The notes beneath the pieces were generated by a model. The model saw only the letters and a program-made list of their open reading frames with translations, was not told the DNA's origin and did not search any database. Below, in pieces: positions 57,319 through 64,000 of a stretch of DNA of 64,000 bases. Both the position numbers and the translations under genes were made by a program. Position 1 is the first letter of the stretch. Each line of letters starts with the position of its first letter. This DNA comes from Blepharisma stoltei ATCC 30299 (taxonomy: Eukaryota; Protista; Ciliophora): positions 310,001-374,000 of the forward strand of contig CBFDEM010000011.1 in the NCBI GenBank assembly GCA_965603825.1. Direction: 5' to 3'.

Positions 57319-59637
57319 TTAATGGATTTCTGGCCCACATAACTGAGCAGTTATTAAATCAAGAAAGGATTCGCGTATTCGTGAATTTTCAGATCTTACA
57401 GCTACGTCTACTCGGAGAGTATTGGGGTCAATAGTAGTCAAAATGAAGACAGGAGGTTTAGAATTGCCAGCACCAAGCAGCTGGGCTTGGCTGAGATTTT
57501 CAATTTCTTTATATGTGTAGACCTTAACTGAGTTTGCAAAGGAGATGTGCAGAGAGAGCTCGTGCATTGATTTTATCCCCAGTAAAGGAATATTTCTTTT
57601 TTCTTCTTTACTTGCTAGCTCTTCTCATAGCCTCCATATCTCTTTTGAGTCTTGTTGAAGCCCATGTACAAATCTTGCAGCAGTTATTGGTAATCATAAA
57701 GAATACTTCTTCTCAACACCTTGCATTATTTTCAAGCTAAGCAAAGGGATTTTACCTGTGAAGTTAATTAAAGATGCCTTTATCATGCGATTGGCTTGAG
57801 CACCCTGCTGAATGGTATCATGAGAATGTGTAGGACTGATTGACAAAACTAGCCCATCTTTTTCATAGTCTGATACTTCAGTTGTGATTTCAGTGATTGG
57901 GCAAGAATTTTTGTTGCCGATGTACATCATTCCTATTATGTTTGTGTCATCAGAAGCTATTTGTAGGCCAACTTGTATGTTTTCGTCATCAAACAGAACC
58001 CCTCTTGCCATACTGTTAGAAGTCCGGTAAAGGTCATAATTTATTGCTTCAGAGCTTATTTTTCGTTCAAAAGAAACAGCACTTTCGCATGGTAGTATTT
58101 TGGTTGTTTGTGGAGGCTTTAGGTGGTCGAAGCTGTTTTCATTTAAATGGTTCTCTTTAAGCACATTTGGTCTAGAAGTTTTATCTTGAAAACCGTTAGT
58201 TAGCTTTGTGAGTTTTTCTATTTGCTGGGCAGCGTCAAATAAAGACTTGTTTAATTGTGTATTAGCTGAAGTTAATTTATTTATAAGCTCATCTTTCATT
58301 GAAATATCTTGCTTGGCTAGCTCTAAAGCTTGCTTTAAAAAGTTTACCTCATTTAATAGTTTATTCTGTTGACTTATTCTTTCATTTTCTTCTGATTGCT
58401 TTTGAAATAATAAAGATTTAAGTTTGTCGTTTTCTTCTCTTAGAATTGAAATTTCGATTCGGTCACTCGGAGATTTTATAGAAGTTTGGAATATGGAAGG
58501 AGAATTAAGATTGGGAGATAGATGAGGATTAAAAAGGTTTACTGCAGCTGGGCTTTGAGTTTTCACAGGAGTCAAGGAGAGAGGATCATTAAATGCTCCA
58601 TTTCCAATAGGTCCTTGCATTGGCTTAGTTGGAGATCCTTGTGTCTTTATAACAACTGGAGATGCTTTCTGCGGAGGGATATCGCTGAAGATGTCTAGGT
58701 CTAATATACTTTCATTTAAAGATTTATTTGGCGTTCCTAAATTCTTATCATTTATATTTTCAGTTTTTTTACCTTTTTTAAAATTTTCATACATTTCTAA
58801 AGCGTTTTGTACCTTATCTCCTAATTGAAAAAGCATTTCAACCCATTCAACACTATCAGTGCTGCAATTTTGGATTTGATTTTCTATATCAGATCTATAG
58901 CCTTTAAGACATGCTGCCCTCTCATCAAGCACTTCTTTTTTTTCTCCAGCTGTAACTAGATCATAGAAAGTTTTGACTGCAGACTCAATTGAATTTTTAA
59001 AAGTAATTGAATTTTGTTTTGAAGGAGGCCGATATGTATCATAATCTCTTTGAATAGTTCCTGGATATTTCATTACAAGCTTCTCTGGAGGACTTCTAGA
59101 CGCATATTGCTTTGATTGAGTAAGTAGCTGCATAGGGAATATAACATTTTCTTTTAGCAATTGGTTATAGTAATTCAAATATGAACTTGGCCTTCCATCT
59201 GGGCCTCGTCCATAGTTTTCAGCTCAGGTTTGAATATTTTTCAGCAAAGTTATCAAAAAATTCCTACTAGCGAGCCTGTTTTCTTCAGAACTCAGACTTG
59301 CAATGCCAAAAATATCATCTCCTCTATTATCATCAGATTCTTGCTTTTTATGCTTTGCAAGCGCTGTAAGGCGACTCATAATTTTTTTTTGTGCATACAT
59401 CAAAAAGGAAGTATTATCAGCCATCATGCATTCGTGGAAGAGCTTTAAAGCTCTCAGTTTGGATGTTGGAGGGCAAGATTTGTCCTTGATTATTCTTTTG
59501 ATCATGATTATTACTTCTTTGCAGGTGCTCAGAGGGGCATATTTAATTATTCCTGAGAGGAGTTGTGAGGCTTCTTGGTATTCAGAATCAGAAATAATCC
59601 CAGTGCGAATTATATCTTGCGCCTTTTGTGTATTCAT
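57319..59637 (-). CDS. Putative trafficking adaptor: VHS/ENTH-like + GAT-like + coiled coil + alpha-adaptin-appendage-like; four TGA=Trp
   Basis: KLRALKLFHECM, YYNQLLKENVIFP (VHS-like); GVLFDDENIQVGL, MYIGNK, L(W)LPITAARF, TLRVDVAVRS (alpha ear-like); three ORFs join through TGA. Confidence 0.72.
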
Positions 59638-59761
59638 ATTAGTTATTTTATTATTTTTTGAAATATTTAATAATATCTACAAGTTGACTTATAAAGTGAT
59701 ATTTAGACAAATCTATGAAGAAAAATAATAGTGGCAGGTTTATTCAGTTATAATAATCATA

Positions 59762-60400
59762 ATGGAAAAAGGTCCTTGGATATTTGTGGAAGATGATGGA
59801 TATGTGTCACCGTCCTTATACAGTGTCCCATCACACTACTCTCCTTATATTGGAGGCATATTTGTGCCTCGAGGGATGATCCAAGACAGGATAAAGAAAA
59901 TCGCTGAAGATGTTATCAACTATTTTCAAGACCATCCTATAACCATTCTAGTCGTCCTTAGAGGTGCTTTCCGTTATGCCAAAGATTTGATAGAAGCTAT
60001 AGATGCTATGCCAAACCCTAATTTCAGACACTACAATTTAGAATTTATTAGAGCCAGAAGTTATGTGAATAACGTTCAACAAGATGTGTTGGTTGAGGGT
60101 CTTGACCAACTGGATTTGACTGGTAAGCATGTTCTTATTGTAGAAGATTTAGTGGATAGAGGAAAAACCTTATCAAGAGTTGCAGAAATCGTCAGAGAAA
60201 AAAATCCAGCTGATTTAAAAATAAGCGTTTTAGCTTATAAAAGAAACCCTATCAACCAGTGGGTTGTGCCTGATTTTATAGGATTTTCGTTGCCAAATGA
60301 CTGGATTATTGGATATCATATAGACTATAACAACCATTTTAGAGATCTCCCTCATATCTGCAAGTTGAATGAAGCTGGAATTGAAAAATTTAGAGTTTAA
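59762..60400 (+). CDS. HPRT: Hypoxanthine-guanine phosphoribosyltransferase
   Basis: VLRGAF, RARSY, VLIVEDLVDRGKTL, DFIGF..WIIGYHIDYN..FRDL. Confidence 0.93.
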   Translation: MEKGPWIFVEDDGYVSPSLYSVPSHYSPYIGGIFVPRGMIQDRIKKIAEDVINYFQDHPITILVVLRGAFRYAKDLIEAIDAMPNPNFRHYNLEFIRARSYVNNVQQDVLVEGLDQLDLTGKHVLIVEDLVDRGKTLSRVAEIVREKNPADLKISVLAYKRNPINQWVVPDFIGFSLPNDWIIGYHIDYNNHFRDLPHICKLNEAGIEKFRV

Positions 60401-60437
60401 GATATTTAAGAGATTAGATAAATGGATAAATTATAAA

Positions 60438-60722
60438 ATGTAATGATAATATAGGTCAGCTGGGCAAAAAATTCAGTTCCGTATTGTAAATGCAGCTGAT
60501 CCGAAAGGGGCTTTTAGGCTGATTTCAGTACCAGAGCAAGCACCTTTTACAGCAGTTGTTAAATTTGCGGCAGACGAATTTCGAGTTCAATCATCCACGT
60601 CAGCATTGATAACAAATCACGGAGTGGGTATCAACCCAAACCAAACAGCTGGAAGTATTTTCTTGAAATATGGGACTGAATTGAAACTTATTCCTCGAGA
60701 TAGAGTAGGAGCTGATATCTAA
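60438..60722 (+). CDS. UFM1: Ubiquitin-fold modifier 1 precursor; 15-nt intron 60440-60454 splits the start codon; not in ORF track
   Basis: [70 protein letters not shown]. Confidence 0.95.
60440..60454 (+). other. 15-nt spliceosomal intron inside the UFM1 start codon
   Basis: AT|gtaatgataatatag|G. Confidence 0.88.
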
Positions 60723-61127
60723 GGCTTGAAGAATTATTCATCAGCATAAATAAGTATTCAATTTTTAATAAACACACAATTTATTTAGTTATTTATCGAA
60801 AGAATGGTTATTTTAATTAGTAAAGCTGCGAAATTGGCCAATAAACATTCTAACTACTATTAAATTCTCACTTTAAGTATCCTTCTCCTTTTATCTCTTA
60901 TTATTACATCTGTTAATTATTCATGTAATATTTTCTAGTAAATCATCATTTATATTACATTATACAAAATTCATATATTACTATCCTCATGCTTTATTTT
61001 TTTATAATCAATCCCGATATCATTCATACTTCTTCCTTCCCTCTCATTTTTCTAAATTTCTCATTTCTGCTGATTCTGTTCTATCAACTGTAAATTACCA
61101 TCCTATTGGCATTAATTAATTTTAAAA

Positions 61128-62120
61128 ATGGAATCGGGCATCATCCAATCTTCATTGCAAGAAAACCTCAATAAATCGTCAAAAAACTCGCAAGCTGTTT
61201 CTGATAACCAAGAATCAGCTGCAGACTCCAACATTTTTGTGGAAAAACTAAAGCTGAAGCAATGTAGTTTTATTGACAACCTTAAACTCGCATCCACGTA
61301 CCTCCAAAATGTAGACGAAGCGCCTCCACGTCTCGCTGAAAGACTCAGCAAAGAAATCAAAGTCCTTTCCAGAGGGCTCCCGCTTGATAAATCCTGTTCA
61401 ATTTTTATTGGTATTGACTCAAACCAAATGCGATACATGTCTGGAGTTATTGCAGGGTCAGAAGGAACTCCCTATGCTCATGGGCTTTTTTTCTTTGACA
61501 TCTTTTGTGGGCCAGATTTTCCTCGTTCGCCACCTCAGGTCACTTTAAAAACAACAGGAAATGGTGAAGCTTATTTTGGGCCAAATCTTTATAGTAATGG
61601 CTATGTATGTTTATCAATAATAAACACATGGTCAGGAGATGAATCAGAAAGATGGAATTCTAATAAAAATATTCTCCAAGTGCTCTTGTCAATCCAAGCC
61701 CTTGTAATGGACAATAATATTATTCAAAAGGAGCCAGGGCTTTATTATTTAGATGTAAACTGTCCTGATAGTGTAATCTTTCAAAATGCTGTAAAATACT
61801 TGAATATTAAGTATGCGATGATCAAAAATATGAGAACACCGCCAGCTGGATTTGAGGAACTGGTTCATGATTATTTCCAATTAAAAAGAGAATTTATTTT
61901 GATGGAAATAAATCAGTGGCTGGATAAGGCAAAAAATGAAAGTCATCATTTTTCGCAGCAGTCAATTGCACAGAGCTATAACCCGGGGCTTTGTCAGAGA
62001 ATGCATAATGAAGGGTTTTTTAAGGTGCTGTCTGAAATTGGAAGAGAGCTGGAAACCGAATTTGATGCAAGATATGGACCGTGCGAAATCAAATTAAAAT
62101 TATATAATAGGGATAAATAG
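61128..62120 (+). CDS. Ubiquitin-conjugating enzyme of BIRC6/UBE2O/UBE2Z type
   Basis: GTPYAHGLFFFDI, PNLYSNGYVCLSIINTW, ILQVLLSIQAL, EPG. Confidence 0.9.
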   Translation: MESGIIQSSLQENLNKSSKNSQAVSDNQESAADSNIFVEKLKLKQCSFIDNLKLASTYLQNVDEAPPRLAERLSKEIKVLSRGLPLDKSCSIFIGIDSNQMRYMSGVIAGSEGTPYAHGLFFFDIFCGPDFPRSPPQVTLKTTGNGEAYFGPNLYSNGYVCLSIINTWSGDESERWNSNKNILQVLLSIQALVMDNNIIQKEPGLYYLDVNCPDSVIFQNAVKYLNIKYAMIKNMRTPPAGFEELVHDYFQLKREFILMEINQWLDKAKNESHHFSQQSIAQSYNPGLCQRMHNEGFFKVLSEIGRELETEFDARYGPCEIKLKLYNRDK

Positions 62121-62341
62121 ATAAATTTATTAAAAAATGAGAGAAAAAATAAATAGCCAATTTAGTAAATTGAATATTATGATGGCATTTAAAACTGTAA
62201 TATATTTTTCATGGCTAACTAGGAAAAAAACGCTGGATTTTATAATTATTAAATGCTTAATAAACTGTAAAAATAAATCCTGCCATTTGATATTAGATTA
62301 ATTTCATTAAATTTCTTTTCATTCGAAAACAAGCGCACTAG

Positions 62342-62938
62342 CTATTCCTTTGGCTTCTTTACTGATAAAGCAGTTAAAGCATGAAGGACTGTCCTTGATA
62401 TTGATTTTGTCTTGTATTTACAGAATTTATGAGCTAAGTCACTATTTCTATGCACCATACTAAAGCACTCTACACAGTATCGTTTAGTAGGGCACCCGGT
62501 GCACCATCCTGCTGCCTTTTTCGAGCAATTAGCGCATTTGAAGTTATCTAGAAGCGCATAGACTTTATCCATTGAGTTCGAAGAAGATTGAGTGCTGTTT
62601 CCGCTGTTTAAGTCCATAACTTCCTTTTGTTCTTCTTTTATTTCAACCGGGCTATCTTCAATTGATAGTAAAGGCTTATCATTTTTAGATAGTTCCTGTG
62701 GAGAAATTTCATGTATTGTAATATATTTTGCTAGTTTATTTTCATCTGTTTCTGCAACTGCTTGCAAGGCATGCCCTGATAGTTTTGGTGACAAAATGTC
62801 AATTGTTTCTTCTTCTCGTACTTTGCACGGCGAATATGAGTTAATTTCGGTAGTATCTGAGCGGCTATAATCAGGACTAATGTTCGGTCGCCCTCTTGCG
62901 CAGCAAGACGGAAAGAATTTATCGATCCAACTTTCCAT
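62342..62938 (-). CDS. Protein with N-terminal CC motif and C-terminal B-box-like zinc finger
   Basis: CANC...WCTGC...YCVECF..VH....AH. Confidence 0.72.
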   Translation of the reverse strand: MESWIDKFFPSCCARGRPNISPDYSRSDTTEINSYSPCKVREEETIDILSPKLSGHALQAVAETDENKLAKYITIHEISPQELSKNDKPLLSIEDSPVEIKEEQKEVMDLNSGNSTQSSSNSMDKVYALLDNFKCANCSKKAAGWCTGCPTKRYCVECFSMVHRNSDLAHKFCKYKTKSISRTVLHALTALSVKKPKE

Positions 62939-63322
62939 ATTGCATATCTCTATTCTTTGTTTTTGTAATGAAATTTGATAATTAATACTTTTATTAATAA
63001 AAACTCTATGCCTTTCTACTAAAATAATCTAAATTCATTATTGCTTATTTCACTTAATTTGCATAAATTGCCAAATATTATCAATCTATAGTATTTTATA
63101 TCTATTATAAGAATATAACATTTCTACAGGGCTGCTATAATTTTTAAAAGAATACAAGATATTTATGAGAATTTCTACATTTAAGCACTATTATCTTATA
63201 ATTTGTTTACTATTAGCTATATAACGTAAATTCATGATCCAATCAAAATCACTTCTAAGGATTAATTATTTAATCTAAAATTTTTTAGATGGTTTAATAA
63301 TTTTTAAGCTTAATCCAACCAT

Positions 63323-63721
63323 CTATAATGCTAATTGCTTAGACATTGGATTCTCAAAGGCAGCATTCAGCTTGCTCATAATGATCCTGTCTTTGCGCTT
63401 GGTGAAATCTTGATTATGGAAATATCTGACAAAAAAGAAAGGTCCAAGCCCAAGAGCAACTCTAATATTAGTTCTCGCAAATCCTGAAAAAGCTTTCCAT
63501 CCTGCTATCTTTGATACAAGCCACTGCAAAGTCCCAAAAGTTCCTAGAGTTCCCAATTCTATATATAGCCAGGTATTCTCTCTCTGCGAGAACTTATAGT
63601 ATTCTTCCATTGTCATATAGTCTTGCATGGGAGCGATTTTATAAGCAGTATAATCAAGATGCCCATTGTTAAATCTGAATTCTTGAAGCCTGTTTGACCT
63701 AGGGTCGTAGTTTGAGGCCAT
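63323..63721 (-). CDS. Small protein with two hydrophobic segments, possibly mitochondrial membrane
   Basis: 132-aa ATG-TAG ORF; WLYIELGTLGTFGTLQWLV and VALGLGPFFFV segments. Confidence 0.65.
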   Translation of the reverse strand: MASNYDPRSNRLQEFRFNNGHLDYTAYKIAPMQDYMTMEEYYKFSQRENTWLYIELGTLGTFGTLQWLVSKIAGWKAFSGFARTNIRVALGLGPFFFVRYFHNQDFTKRKDRIIMSKLNAAFENPMSKQLAL

Positions 63722-63829
63722 ATTTATAATTCAGCTTTCTCGTCTTTTTAAAATTTGATTTTTATCAATGAAATGTATTTTCTAAAGAGATTTTTTATAA
63801 TTTTTTATTATGAAAATTCACTTTTATTA

Positions 63830-64000
63830 CTAAAGCTTAAGGACTATTTTATTGAATAAATCATGTGCTGGGACTTTTGCACGAAGTTTCATACATAGAA
63901 GATAAACCCCTGACAATTTCCTATGAAGTGTGTACGTCTCAGGAGGTGGAGGGCATTTTCTATGCTGCATCATTGTAGGCATTTGCTTATAAACTTGTGG
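63830..64000 (-). CDS. COQ8: COQ8/ABC1 atypical kinase, 3' end only (gene extends beyond window); not in ORF track
   Basis: PTMMQHRKCPPPPETYTLHRKLSGVYLLCMKLRA...VLKL-TAG matches the COQ8/ADCK3 C-terminus. Confidence 0.88.
   Translation of the reverse strand, partial: PQVYKQMPTMMQHRKCPPPPETYTLHRKLSGVYLLCMKLRAKVPAHDLFNKIVLKL

Noticed and set aside
13382-59637. Many apparently split or nonsense-disrupted genes (USP, NCKX, PP2C-B, CDPK, LanCL, kinases) as pseudogenes or selenoproteins
   Set aside because: Breaks are in-frame TGA at Trp-conserved positions, so UGA=Trp explains them; they are not at catalytic Cys sites as Sec would be.
60880-61110. Pyrimidine-rich tract upstream of the E2 gene as a hidden minus-strand gene
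   Set aside because: TAA/TAG stops in the frames I checked and no 15/16-nt intron rescues them.
47677-62120. Functional cluster of ubiquitin-like pathway genes (ATG3, UFM1, E2)
   Set aside because: They belong to different conjugation pathways and are separated by unrelated genes; chance is sufficient.
10181-62870. Numerous short overlapping ORFs in the track (e.g. 10272..10532, 21416..21766, 23236..23565, 27512..27841, 28739..29011, 59303..59728, 61112..61438)
   Set aside because: They lie antisense or out of frame to well-supported genes and have shadow-like composition.

Overview
AT-rich, gene-dense eukaryotic nuclear DNA with the hallmarks of a heterotrich ciliate, most consistent with Blepharisma; probably macronuclear, since no telomere arrays or transposon/IES-like elements were seen. 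Two properties explain why the supplied ORF track is fragmented. (1) TGA is read as Trp: it occupies invariant Trp positions such as kinase D-x-W-S and USP W-x-x-F-D-D, while every gene I reconstructed ends in TAA or TAG. (2) Genes carry tiny 15-16 nt GT-AG introns with an invariant A at position 10. Re-reading with these rules gives about 50 protein-coding genes. Six are absent from the ORF track: SLX9-like, a 2-TM protein, RPLP1, a thioredoxin-fold protein, UFM1 and the COQ8 3' end. Recognisable genes include RPS11, MSH5, a USP, RPLP1, NCKX, two tandem PP2Cs, a metaxin-like protein, CDPK, TRM5, GSK3, calcineurin B, a homeodomain protein, LanC-like, a CaMK-type kinase, ATG3, SCAMP-like, eL42, SRPK, HPRT, UFM1 and a BIRC6/UBE2O-type E2. 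The most notable unexplained items are a three-member family of ~74-aa MGC-start microproteins flanking a dual-specificity phosphatase, a UFM1 start codon split by an intron, a VHS/GAT + alpha-adaptin-ear adaptor, a probably inactive alpha/beta hydrolase, and a hairpin-rich intergenic element. All family assignments come from motif recognition by eye; no database searches were run.
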